A DNA stretch of 64,000 bases from Candidatus Spongiisociaceae bacterium (GTDB taxonomy: Bacteria; Actinomycetota; Acidimicrobiia; Spongiisociales; Spongiisociaceae), in assembly GCA_965262915.1 (NCBI GenBank), contig OZ253564.1:3136001-3200000 (forward strand), given 5' to 3'. The notes beneath the pieces were generated by a model. That model saw only the letters and a program-made list of their open reading frames with translations, ran no database searches and was not told where the DNA came from. Positions 51,324-60,487 of the stretch are shown in pieces (position 1 is the stretch's first letter; each line of letters opens with the position of its first letter). Both the position numbers and the translations under genes were made by a program.

Positions 51324-52612
51324 TACGGTTCGTCGCTGTGGACCCGCAGCACCGCAGCCACCTCGGAGACCACGTCGAGGGCCCCGAGATCGCTCACCGA
51401 GGCCTGCAGGTCGCCCTCTCTCGATTCGTGGGTGACGAGCAGCAGAGTGGCCTCGTCGCCGCGGCCGTCCTGCCAGACCGATTTGATCGATACCCGGTGG
51501 TGACCGAAGACCGCCGCGATCCGGGCCAGCACCCCGGGGCGGTCGACCACCGTGATACGAAGGAACCACTTCGTGGTGACATCGGCCATGTCGCGCAGGC
51601 GGGGCCTGGCGAATCGGATCCTCGATCTCACCTGAGTCCCGGCGAGCCGCTCCCGTGCCGACATGATGACATCTCCGAGCAGCGCGGTGGCGGTCGGCTC
51701 ACCTCCAGCGCCCGGACCCGTGAACATCAACTCGCCGATCGAAGGGCCTGATACGAACACCGCGTTGGTCGCGCCCCTTACTGAGGCGAGCGGGTGATCC
51801 AGGGGTACCAGGGTGGGGTGGACCCGCACCGCTATCCCCTCAGCGGAGTACTCGGCAATGGCCAGCAGCTTGGGCGCGTACCCGAGCTTCCTGGCGAAGT
51901 CGAAGTCCGCTATCTGGAGACCATCGATGCCTTCCCGGTAGACCTGGTCACCGTCCACCCAGGTGCCGAAGGCCAGACTGGCCAGGATGGCGGCCTTGGC
52001 CGCCGCATCCCCGCCTCCCACGTCCGCCACAGGGTCCGCTTCTGCGTAACCGAGCCTCTGCGCCTCGGCCAATACCTCGTCGTAGGAGGCTCCCTCCTCG
52101 AACATCTTCGTCAGGATGTAGTTGGTGGTGCCGTTGACAATCCCCAGAACCGAGGTGATGCGCTCGCCGGCCAGCGACTCGGACAGGGGTCGGATGATGG
52201 GTATCCCACCTCCCACCGCCGCTTCGAACAGCAGCGACACGCCGGCCTTCTCGGCGGCGGCCAGCAACTCGCTCCCCCGGGCGGCCATCAACTCCTTGTT
52301 GGCCGTCACGACGGCCTTACCGGAGTCGAGGGCCCGCATCACGAGCCCGCCCGCCGGATCCAGACCGCCCATAACCTCGATGACGATCTGGACGGCCGGA
52401 TTGTCGACCACCTGCTCGGGACGGTCGGTGAGGAGCCCGGGCGGGATGTCGACACCGCGCTCCTTGGAGATGTCGCGAACCGCGATCCCCCTTACCACCA
52501 GCTCAAGCCCGGTCTTGGCGGCAATGGCGTCGGACTCGAAGATGAGCCGACCGATCAGGGCACTGCCGACTGTGCCTGCTCCGAGAAACCCGACGCCGAT
52601 CTGCATGCTCAT
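51323..52612 (-). CDS. hom: Homoserine dehydrogenase with C-terminal ACT domain
   Basis: GAGTVG, VVTANK, FEAAVGGGIP, NGTTNYIL, GPGAGG.PTA, DRPGVLA. Confidence 0.97.
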   Translation of the reverse strand: MSMQIGVGFLGAGTVGSALIGRLIFESDAIAAKTGLELVVRGIAVRDISKERGVDIPPGLLTDRPEQVVDNPAVQIVIEVMGGLDPAGGLVMRALDSGKAVVTANKELMAARGSELLAAAEKAGVSLLFEAAVGGGIPIIRPLSESLAGERITSVLGIVNGTTNYILTKMFEEGASYDEVLAEAQRLGYAEADPVADVGGGDAAAKAAILASLAFGTWVDGDQVYREGIDGLQIADFDFARKLGYAPKLLAIAEYSAEGIAVRVHPTLVPLDHPLASVRGATNAVFVSGPSIGELMFTGPGAGGEPTATALLGDVIMSARERLAGTQVRSRIRFARPRLRDMADVTTKWFLRITVVDRPGVLARIAAVFGHHRVSIKSVWQDGRGDEATLLLVTHESREGDLQASVSDLGALDVVSEVAAVLRVHSDEP

Positions 52613-52640
52613 ATTCCGCTCTGCATGCTCATATTCCGCT
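52601..52640. repeat. Exact 20-bp tandem duplication at the lysA/hom junction
   Basis: ctgcatgctcatattccgct x2. Confidence 0.95.
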
Positions 52641-53969
52641 CCCTTTGACGCTACACGACCACGGCTCGGCCTCGTCCAGCATACGCTGGCCCGTGAGCAC
52701 CTCGTCGATGGTCTCCCTGCGAACCACCTCCCGGACCTTCCCGTCACCGACGAACAACACCGGAGGCCGCGGGAGAGCGTTGTATCGGGAAGACATCGAG
52801 AACGTGTAGGCGCCCGCGGTCGGCATGGCCACCAGATCACCCGGCCCGACCTTGTCGGGCAACTCCACCGCGTCGAGGAGCACATCGGTCTCGCACATGC
52901 GGCCGAACACGCGAAAGGGGTGGTTCGGAGCCAGGTCGAGCCGGTCGACCGCCAGCAACTCGTACCTGGAGTCGTAGAGGGCCGGGCGGGGATTGTCGGT
53001 GAGTCCCCCGTCCAGGGCCAGCATCTCGCCGCCAACCGGAAGCGGCTTTCGAACGCCCACCGTGTAGAGCAGGACCGCCGCGTTGGCGACCAGTGCCCGG
53101 CCCGGTTCCACCATCACCTGCACCGGCCCGATCCGCTCCCTCAACCGGTTGGTCTCCAGAGCCGATCGGATAGCACGCGCCACCGCCGCCGGGGTCACAA
53201 CGGGATCGTCGCGCAGGTAAGGCGAGGAAAGGCCGCCCCCGACGTCGAGCAGCACGGGGCTGGTGGGGAAGGCGGACCGGTGCCGGATGACCAGTTCCGC
53301 CAACCTTTTGAGGATGACGCCGAACAGTGAAGGGTCGCTGATGTGGCTTCCGGCGTGGAGATGCACACCCCGCATCCTGAGTGCTCTCGAGGCGGCGATC
53401 CGGACGACCGCAGTGTCCGCCGCGTCCGGGGTGAGGCCGAACTTGGCGTGCCCACCGGTGGTGAGCACCTTCCGGTTGGTCACCAGATCCACCGCCTCGT
53501 TAAGCCTGATCATCACGTCCACGATCTTGCCCGCCATACGCGCCCGTGCTTCGAGTCGGTCGATCTCGTCCAGGCTGTCGATGACCGTGATCGCCACCCT
53601 GCCCTCGACGGCCAGGTCGAGCTCCGCTTCGGACTTGAGGTTGCCGTGGAGGAGGATCCTGGACGCCGGTACGCCTCCGCGGCGCGCCATGACCGCCTCG
53701 CCCACCGAGACGACATCGACCCACCAACCTGTAGGGACGATCAACTCGGCCAGAGCGGTGCAGAGGAAGGCCTTGGTGGCGTATACCGGCGTCCCGAAGC
53801 CGCCGAACGCTACGGAGAACTCATCCAGACGACGCTTGAGGTGGGTCAGATCGAATACGTACGCGGGCGTGCCGAAACGCTCGGCTATGGCGTGCAATGG
53901 CACGCCGCCGATCGCGGCCCGGCCCGCCTGCTGTGTCCAAGTTCGGGGTAGCACATCGCGCAGTGCCAT
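52629..53969 (-). CDS. lysA: Diaminopimelate decarboxylase
   Basis: 'FGTP.Y', 'YATKAF', 'KFG', 'HLHAGS', 'DVGGG', 'EPGR', 'DNPRPALY', 'CETD', 'GAY..SMSSRYN'. Confidence 0.93.
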   Translation of the reverse strand: MALRDVLPRTWTQQAGRAAIGGVPLHAIAERFGTPAYVFDLTHLKRRLDEFSVAFGGFGTPVYATKAFLCTALAELIVPTGWWVDVVSVGEAVMARRGGVPASRILLHGNLKSEAELDLAVEGRVAITVIDSLDEIDRLEARARMAGKIVDVMIRLNEAVDLVTNRKVLTTGGHAKFGLTPDAADTAVVRIAASRALRMRGVHLHAGSHISDPSLFGVILKRLAELVIRHRSAFPTSPVLLDVGGGLSSPYLRDDPVVTPAAVARAIRSALETNRLRERIGPVQVMVEPGRALVANAAVLLYTVGVRKPLPVGGEMLALDGGLTDNPRPALYDSRYELLAVDRLDLAPNHPFRVFGRMCETDVLLDAVELPDKVGPGDLVAMPTAGAYTFSMSSRYNALPRPPVLFVGDGKVREVVRRETIDEVLTGQRMLDEAEPWSCSVKGSGI

Positions 53970-54064
53970 GACGATCCTCTGGGGGTAAACCGTTCCAGGC
54001 TAGCGGTCCACCGACAAGATGATTCACAGCGCCGTGCCTGCCGTCGCCGCTATCTCACCGCCGG

Positions 54065-54089
54065 ACCACCGGCGAAACCCGCCGGTGGT
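54065..54089. terminator. Stem-loop downstream of tRNA-Arg and upstream of lysA
   Basis: accaccggcg-aaacc-cgccggtggt, perfect 10-bp stem; no U-tract. Confidence 0.45.
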
Positions 54090-54113
54090 TCCGTTGGCAC
54101 GGTCCGGCGGGCG

Positions 54114-54185
<72 letters not shown>

Positions 54186-54606
54186 CCGTCACTCACCCTA
54201 CCAGTACCGCATGAGCGTATCCGCACCCCCCATCTCCGCACGGCGGAGGGGTGCTTCCACAATGAGATGGCCGGGGCGCGGTTCTAGGGGGAGAGAACTC
54301 TGCGCCCCGGCCGGCTGGCAGGTGGGTGTCCTGCCGTTGGTGGGTCACCCCATCATACAGCATCATGGGCCTAGTTGTCCAGCACAGAATCGGGGCCGGA
54401 GCCGGGGCTCTGCTCGATCCCCGAATCGGGACCACCACATTCGATGAGAGTACCCGGAACGACCGCCGGAGCCGGACCATCCGCGACAGGACCGGAGGGG
54501 TGCTGATCAGCTTGCCGGCGGCCCGACGGTCGATCACACAAGTCCACGTCGGCAGACAACGGGCCAAGCATTTACACGTTGTCGGCACTCTCCTAGACTG
54601 GGCGTC

Positions 54607-55401
54607 ATGCGACCGATCTGGAGCGGTGCCGTTTCTTTTGGCTTGGTCACGATACCGGTGCGCCTGTATCCGGCCACGACGAACCATCGACCGAAGTTCC
54701 GCCAACTCCGCCGTGAGGACCACAGCCGGATCCGGTACCGGAAGGTGGCGGAAGCCGACGGCGAGGAGGTCCCGTCGAAGGACATCGTTCGGGGGTACGA
54801 GTTCGACAAGGGCCGCTACGTGGTCTTCACGGCCGAGGAGATCGAAGCGGCGGGATACCAGGGCGGCCCCCGGATAGTGGATGTGATCGAGTTCGTGGAT
54901 GCCGCCGAGATCGACCCGATCTACTACCGGTCCTCCTACTACCTGGAACCCGAGTCCACCGGCCTCAAGGCATACTCAATCCTTCGGCAGGCTCTTGCGG
55001 ACAAGGGGCGCATCGGCATCGCCAAGGTGGCCCTGCGCGCCCGGGTACATCTCGCCGCTCTACGGGCCCGCGACGATGTCCTGGTGCTGGAGACGATGTA
55101 TTGGCCCGACGAGATACGGGAGGCGCACTTCGAGAGCCTCGACCGCGAACTCGAGGTGCGAGGTAGTGAAGTTGCGATGGCGGAGATGTTGATCGACAAC
55201 CTCACTTCAGGGTTCGACCCGGCAAACTGGACCGACGCCACCCGGGAGAGGATCGAAGAGTTGGCGCGGCAGAAGATCGAAGGGGAAGAGATCGTCGCTC
55301 CCGAGACGCCCGAGCCCACGAAGGTGGTCGACCTGCTGGAAGCTCTGGCCGCCTCGGTCGAAGCGACCAAGATGCAGGCGGCCCGCCGGAAGGCGGGATA
55401 G
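54607..55401 (+). CDS. ku: Non-homologous end joining protein Ku
   Basis: 'MRPIWSGAVSFGLVTIPVRLY', 'IVRGYE', 'IDPIYY..SYYL', 'VVDLLEALAASV'; TAGACT-N7-ATG. Confidence 0.97.
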   Translation: MRPIWSGAVSFGLVTIPVRLYPATTNHRPKFRQLRREDHSRIRYRKVAEADGEEVPSKDIVRGYEFDKGRYVVFTAEEIEAAGYQGGPRIVDVIEFVDAAEIDPIYYRSSYYLEPESTGLKAYSILRQALADKGRIGIAKVALRARVHLAALRARDDVLVLETMYWPDEIREAHFESLDRELEVRGSEVAMAEMLIDNLTSGFDPANWTDATRERIEELARQKIEGEEIVAPETPEPTKVVDLLEALAASVEATKMQAARRKAG

Positions 55402-55565
55402 TGGTCTGTCCGCAAGACAACTTGGCGTGCTCTGCGTGCCATCGACGCCCCTCGCTGCGTTTCGCGCCCTCGATGTACGCTGCCGGTACGCCTTCGTCGG
55501 CGGGCCTTGCGAGGAACGCCCCTGCCGGCGCACACCACGCAGCTATTCCACAGACAGACCACTAG
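55399..55565. repeat. Miniature inverted-repeat element family A, long copy 4
   Basis: TAGTGGTCTGTC...GACAGACCACTA, 12-bp perfect TIR; about 95 extra internal nt; its TAG is the ku stop. Confidence 0.88.
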
Positions 55566-55634
55566 CGAAACCCACCGAGAACCGAGCGGGTACGATCCCG
55601 GTCGGAACCACCCCACCGATCAGGAGCGCGTAAC

Positions 55635-55856
55635 GTGAAAGCACGCATAGGCATCGCGGACACCGGGCGCGAGATCGAGGTAGAAGTCGAGAGCCGGGAC
55701 GCGGTTGCCGCGCGCCTCGAGGCCGCCTACCGGGAGAGCGTCCCCATACTGTGGTTCGAGAATGCGAAAGGCAGGGATGTCGGTGTCCCGCTCGAGCGCA
55801 TCGCCTTCATAGAACTCATCGACGATCCCAACCGGGCGGTCGGTTTCGCTCGCTGA
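55635..55856 (+). CDS. DUF3107 family small protein
   Basis: 'RIGI....REI', 'KGR.V.VP...IAFIE', C-terminal 'R.VGF'. Confidence 0.85.
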   Translation: MKARIGIADTGREIEVEVESRDAVAARLEAAYRESVPILWFENAKGRDVGVPLERIAFIELIDDPNRAVGFAR

Positions 55857-55890
55857 TCGACCACGACTCTCCGAGTGTGAGCTTCGTCTC

Positions 55891-56010
55891 GGAGGATGTT
55901 GAGAAACCCCCCCCTCGGCCGGACGATCGATGAAAAGGCCGGACGATCGATGAAAAAGATCATTTCAGCGGACGGCAGGACAACCATTCAGCCGTTTTCG
56001 AGCACCCTCC
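55891..56010. repeat. Family B inverted-repeat unit with an internal exact 20-bp tandem duplication
   Basis: GGAGGATGTTGAGAAAC...TTTTCGAGCACCCTCC; ggccggacgatcgatgaaaa x2 at 55917-55956. Confidence 0.7.
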
Positions 56011-56041
56011 AAATCGGAGTCCAGACCCGGGTGGGCCCGGT

Positions 56042-56314
56042 TCAACTAGCAGCGCGCCTGCGCTCGGCCAGCCAGCGTTTCCGCAACCGGCGGCGTTCGT
56101 CCTCCGCATAGCCACCCCAGACCCCGGCTTCCTGGTTGGTCTGGAGCGCGTACTGGAGACAGTCTTCGGTTACGAGACAGGCGGTGCAGATGCCTTTGGC
56201 CTCCTCGATCTGATCGACGGCGAGTCCGGTGGTGCCGATCGGGAAGAACAACGTGGGTTCGGAGTCGCGGCACGCGGCGATTTCCCGCCAATCGGTTCTG
56301 GTCATGGTCAACAC
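56042..56314 (-). CDS. whiB1: WhiB family Fe-S transcriptional regulator (WhiB1/WblE-like)
   Basis: 'DWR..AACRD..P.LFFPIG.TG.A..QIEEAK..C..C.V...CL..AL...Q..GVWGG..EDERR'. Confidence 0.93.
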   Translation of the reverse strand: MLTMTRTDWREIAACRDSEPTLFFPIGTTGLAVDQIEEAKGICTACLVTEDCLQYALQTNQEAGVWGGYAEDERRRLRKRWLAERRRAAS

Positions 56315-56416
56315 GGTAAGTACCTCTCTTGCGGAGAGTCGGATCCTCCGGGTTCATCTGTTTCGGCAAGGGAGCATCTTCCGCTCCCTTGGTCGGAACG
56401 GCATAACCGCGGTCGC

Positions 56417-56434
56417 TTGTGAAGATATTCACAA
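56417..56434. promoter_or_regulatory. Rex operator (also fits CRP) upstream of whiB1
   Basis: TTGTGAAGATATTCACAA, perfect TTGTGAA-N4-TTCACAA. Confidence 0.75.
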
Positions 56435-56582
56435 GAACGGGCCAAAATAAATGCCGTTGGCCGACAGGCGAATACGATAGCGCTCCGATGGTCGAGCCGC
56501 AAGCTATTTCCTTCACAAAGTTTGGAAATTTTTTCAATCTTATCTATTGATAGTTAATAGATAGCTGTGATATATATCCAGT

Positions 56583-57470
56583 ATGCGACTATTCAGATCC
56601 ACCATACTTTCGGCCCTGCTAGGCGGCGGCCTCGGCGGCGCCGGACACTTTCTCCTCCAACTGAGGGGAGAATCGTGGCTTCCGGGACCCGGCGAGATAC
56701 TGAATGCTCGCCCCGACGAAGCGATCTACGGCGCAGTCTGGCTACTGGCGGTCGCGGCGACAGCCTGGGTGACGCTTACCGCCGTCCTCTCGGTGTTCGC
56801 ATACACCAGCCGCCTGCCGGCTGCCATCCGAGCCGTGGAGTGGATGACCCTCCCGCCGATCCGCCGCCTGGCGCGTCGGTTCGCGGCCCTGCTGCTCGCA
56901 GTCGGCAACCTGGCGATGGCGCCTGCCGCCGTCGGGGCGACCGAGCTTCCTCCCGTTCCGGTGGTAGTCACCGACGAGCAGTCCGTCGGATTGACCGTGC
57001 ATCCGCCCGGAGGCGCATACCACGACCCGTCCACCGATTTCGCCGTACCGATTCCGCTCCGTTCCGATACGGACGTCACCGATGGTCCGACCGCACTCGA
57101 CCACCACGGAGCGGCGACCCCCGTTCTCATACCGGTTCCTCTCCGGGCCGACGACGATGCCGTCCATCTCACGATCGCTCCTGCCCGGCATCGACCTCCG
57201 GTTGCCGTTGGTATCCCGGTGCCGCTTGTGGCCGGCGAGAACAACACCGACGACTCGTCGGGAACCGTCTCCTACACCGTTCAGCCCGGAGACAGCATGT
57301 GGTCGGTCACCGTGGCCTACCTGAGCCACCTCCACGGCGAGCAACCCGCGGCAGCCGCTGTCACCCGGGTATGGCGGGACGTGATCGATCTCAACCGCGA
57401 CCGCATCGGATCGGGGAATCCTGACGTGATCTTCCCAGGCGAGGAACTACTACTCCCCCGCTACCCGTGA
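56583..57470 (+). CDS. Membrane-anchored LysM domain protein
   Basis: N-terminal TM segments, Pro/Thr-rich linker, C-terminal 'YTVQPGDSMWSV...NRDRIG..NPDVIFPGEELLLP'. Confidence 0.88.
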   Translation: MRLFRSTILSALLGGGLGGAGHFLLQLRGESWLPGPGEILNARPDEAIYGAVWLLAVAATAWVTLTAVLSVFAYTSRLPAAIRAVEWMTLPPIRRLARRFAALLLAVGNLAMAPAAVGATELPPVPVVVTDEQSVGLTVHPPGGAYHDPSTDFAVPIPLRSDTDVTDGPTALDHHGAATPVLIPVPLRADDDAVHLTIAPARHRPPVAVGIPVPLVAGENNTDDSSGTVSYTVQPGDSMWSVTVAYLSHLHGEQPAAAAVTRVWRDVIDLNRDRIGSGNPDVIFPGEELLLPRYP

Positions 57471-57488
57471 ACGACGGCCGGTAGTCCG

Positions 57489-57899
57489 TCAGCAGCAACC
57501 GGCCAGGAAGCTGACCCTCACCGAGCGGCCGTGGTTGTCCCGGTTGGGATCCACCAGTAGCACCGACTGCCATGTTCCGAGGGTCATCACGCCGTCCACG
57601 ACCGGAATCACGACGCTCGGGGACACGAATGCGGGGAATACGTGGTCGGCTCCGTGACCGTAGGCGCCATGCCGGTGTAACCATCGGGAGTCGCGGGGGA
57701 ACAGCTCCTCGAGGTGCTGGATCAGGTCGCGGTCGGAACCGGCCCCCGTCTCGATGATTGCCAGGCCCGCGGTGCTATGCGGAACGAACACCGACACCAA
57801 ACCGTCGCCCCTGCCCTGCACGAACGCCGCCACCCGGTCGGTGATGTCGACGGCGGCCGCCGCTCCCCCTGTACGGACACGAAAGACCTGCGTATCCAC
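57489..57899 (-). CDS. YjbQ family protein (UPF0047)
   Basis: 'FVPHSTAG', 'H.HG..GHG.DH', 'LGTWQ'. Confidence 0.92.
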   Translation of the reverse strand: MDTQVFRVRTGGAAAAVDITDRVAAFVQGRGDGLVSVFVPHSTAGLAIIETGAGSDRDLIQHLEELFPRDSRWLHRHGAYGHGADHVFPAFVSPSVVIPVVDGVMTLGTWQSVLLVDPNRDNHGRSVRVSFLAGCC

Positions 57900-57903
57900 G
57901 GGG

Positions 57904-58875
57904 TCAGGTGTTGTCGCCGAGGAAGATGGCCGAGACCGAGCTGTCCATGAAGATGGCTTGCAGAGCCTCGGCCAGCACCGGAGCGATCGAGAGCCTGGTC
58001 AACTTGTCGAAGTTCCTCGCATCCTGGCTGATGGGGAGGGTGTCGGTCACCACCACCTCGTCGATCGGGGCGTTCTTGAGCCGGTCGAGGGCAGGTTCCG
58101 AAAGGATCGGGTGGGTAGCCGCCACGAACACGCTCCGAACCTGCTTCTGGCGCAGCAGCCTGGCAGCGTTGACCACCGTCCCGGCCGTGTCGATCATGTC
58201 GTCCACGATCACGGCATGCCGACCGCGGACCGCCCCCACCACCGTGAGTGCCTTGGAGCGGTTGGGGGCATCGGCCGACCGGCGCTTGTGCACGAACGCC
58301 ACGAAGGCACCCAGATAGCGGGCGTACTTCTCCGCCCGCTTGACACCGCCCGCGTCGGGAGACACGATCGTGGTGGGACCGTCCAGCCGGTCCTTCAGGT
58401 ACTCGGTGACGATGGGGAGGGCCGTCAGGTGGTCGAGGGGTTTCGGAAAGAAACCCTGGATCTGGCCGGTGTGGAGATCGATCGACACGATCCGGTCGGC
58501 GCCGGCGGCCAGAAACAGATCGCACATGAGCCGGGCGGAGATGGGCTCCCGCGGCAATACTTTCTTGTCGGCCCTCGCGTAGCCGAAGAACGGCACCACA
58601 GCCGTGATGCGGTGCGCCGACGCCCGCCTCAGGGCCTCGATCATGATCAACTGCTCCATGATGTGGAAGTTGATCTCCGGAGCGTGGCTCTGGATCACGA
58701 AGCAATCAGCGCCGCGTACGGACTCCAGCGGCCGGGCGTACACCTCGGTATTGGCGAAGCGCCCCAACTCCACCTTGCCGAGCCGAACCCCCAGTTCCTC
58801 GGCGACATCGTGTGCCAGTTCCGGGTTGGCCGAACCGGTGAAGAGCATGAAACGTTTGCGATTGACGAACTCCAT
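57904..58875 (-). CDS. prs: Ribose-phosphate pyrophosphokinase
   Basis: 'ESVRGAD', 'YARADKK', 'DLHTGQIQGFF', 'SPDAGG', 'VDDMIDTAGT'. Confidence 0.98.
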   Translation of the reverse strand: MEFVNRKRFMLFTGSANPELAHDVAEELGVRLGKVELGRFANTEVYARPLESVRGADCFVIQSHAPEINFHIMEQLIMIEALRRASAHRITAVVPFFGYARADKKVLPREPISARLMCDLFLAAGADRIVSIDLHTGQIQGFFPKPLDHLTALPIVTEYLKDRLDGPTTIVSPDAGGVKRAEKYARYLGAFVAFVHKRRSADAPNRSKALTVVGAVRGRHAVIVDDMIDTAGTVVNAARLLRQKQVRSVFVAATHPILSEPALDRLKNAPIDEVVVTDTLPISQDARNFDKLTRLSIAPVLAEALQAIFMDSSVSAIFLGDNT

Positions 58876-58876
58876 C

Positions 58877-60256
58877 TCAACCCGCCTCGTATCGCGCCCT
58901 GCGACGCTCAGCGTAACCGGGAATCTCGCGCTGGGCCGATCGCTCGATACCCAGGGCGCCCTCCGACACGTTCCGAGTGATGGCCGAACCGGCCCCCGTA
59001 TAGGCATCGTCCCCCACCTCGACCGGCGCCACCAGCACGGTGTTCGACCCGATCTGCACCCGCCGGCCCACCCGTGTCCGGTGCTTCTCGAACCCGTTGT
59101 AGTTGGCGGTTATGGTCCCGGCACCGATGTTCGCCTCGTCCCCGATGTCAGCGTCGCCGACGTAGGCAAGATGGGGGACCTTGGCGCCCCGGCCCACGAC
59201 CGAGTTCTTGACCTCCACGAAGGTCCCCGCCTTGGATCCCTCGTGCAACTCGGAACCAACCCGCAACGAGACGTAGGGACCGACTTCGGCGTCGCGGCCG
59301 ATGGATGCGTCCCGGACCACTGAATACCACACCTTTGCCCCGCATCCCACCTCGCTGTCGCTGATGAACACATCGGGACCGATCTCGGCACCCGCGCTGA
59401 TCGAGGTAGCACCTTCCAGGTGTACTCCCGGGTAGAGACGGACCCCGGCCTCGATCTCGACGGTGGAGTGGATATAGGTGCGGCTCGGATCCTGCATCCA
59501 TACTCCTGCGCGCATCCATGCCTGGTTGATCCGGCTCCGCATGATTGCCGCGGCCCGTGCCAGCTGGTCCTGGGTGTTGACACCCGACAGTTCCTCGGCG
59601 CCGGTGCGGTAGGCAGAGATCCCGTGTCCTTCGGCACCGAGGATCGCCAGCACGTCCGGTAGGTAGTACTCGCCCTGCGCGTTGTTGCGTCCCACATGGT
59701 CCACGGCGTCGCGTATGAACTCGCCGTCGAACATGTAGATCCCGCCGTTGATCTCCTTGATCTCACGTTCCCTGGAGGTGGTGTCCGCATGCTCCACGAT
59801 CCGCTGCACCCGGTCCCACCCGTCCCGCACCACCCGTCCGTACCCGGTCGGATCGTCCATGTTGGCGGTTGCGCAAGTAGCCGCCGCGCCCGTACGCCGG
59901 TGCAGGTTGGCCATTGCTTCGAGGGTCTCGTAGGTGATCAGCGGTGTGTCGGCCGGTACGACCAACACATGATCGCCGGGGTTCGTGGAGAAGACCCCGA
60001 GGGCCACCCCCAACGCGTGGGCGGTGCCCAGCTGGCGGGCCTGGACGACCGGCTCCGCGTAGTCGGGCAGGGTGGCCACTACCTGATCGGCGTCGGGCTT
60101 CACCACCACCACCGTCTGGGCCGGCTCAAGCGGAGCTACCGCGTCGAGAACCCACCGGATCATCGGCCTGCCGGCTACCCGGTGAATCACCTTGGGAAGG
60201 ATCGCGGCCATACGCGTCCCCTCGCCGGCGCCCAGCACGACTGCCTTCACGGCCAT
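58877..60256 (-). CDS. glmU: Bifunctional UDP-GlcNAc pyrophosphorylase / GlcN-1-P acetyltransferase
   Basis: 'LGAGEGTRM..LPKV', 'GYGRVVR', 'EYYLPD', hexapeptide repeats, 'HLAYVGDA', 'NIGAGTIT'; AAGGAG RBS. Confidence 0.97.
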   Translation of the reverse strand: MAVKAVVLGAGEGTRMAAILPKVIHRVAGRPMIRWVLDAVAPLEPAQTVVVVKPDADQVVATLPDYAEPVVQARQLGTAHALGVALGVFSTNPGDHVLVVPADTPLITYETLEAMANLHRRTGAAATCATANMDDPTGYGRVVRDGWDRVQRIVEHADTTSREREIKEINGGIYMFDGEFIRDAVDHVGRNNAQGEYYLPDVLAILGAEGHGISAYRTGAEELSGVNTQDQLARAAAIMRSRINQAWMRAGVWMQDPSRTYIHSTVEIEAGVRLYPGVHLEGATSISAGAEIGPDVFISDSEVGCGAKVWYSVVRDASIGRDAEVGPYVSLRVGSELHEGSKAGTFVEVKNSVVGRGAKVPHLAYVGDADIGDEANIGAGTITANYNGFEKHRTRVGRRVQIGSNTVLVAPVEVGDDAYTGAGSAITRNVSEGALGIERSAQREIPGYAERRRARYEAG

Positions 60257-60276
60257 GGCATCACTCCTTTTCTCGG

Positions 60277-60348
60277 CTGGGGGGACAGGAGTCGAACCCG
60301 TACCGGCGGGACCAAAACCCGCTGTGCTGCCAGTTACACCACCCCCCA
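60277..60348 (-). tRNA. tRNA-Gln(TTG)
   Basis: TGGGGGG-TGGTGTAACTGGCAGCAC..GCGGG-TT-TTG-GT-CCCGC..GGTTCGACTCC..CCCCCCA-G; upstream of glmU. Confidence 0.97.
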
Positions 60349-60487
60349 TGGTGGTGGTCGATGATCGGTGGTCAGCCACCGGCAGAGGTGATCGTTCATT
60401 CGTCCCGCCCACCGACCACCGCTGGCCCGCAGCAAAGGATACACGTCCTCTCTACTGCCACGAACAGGGACGCCGCGGCCCTCTCGC

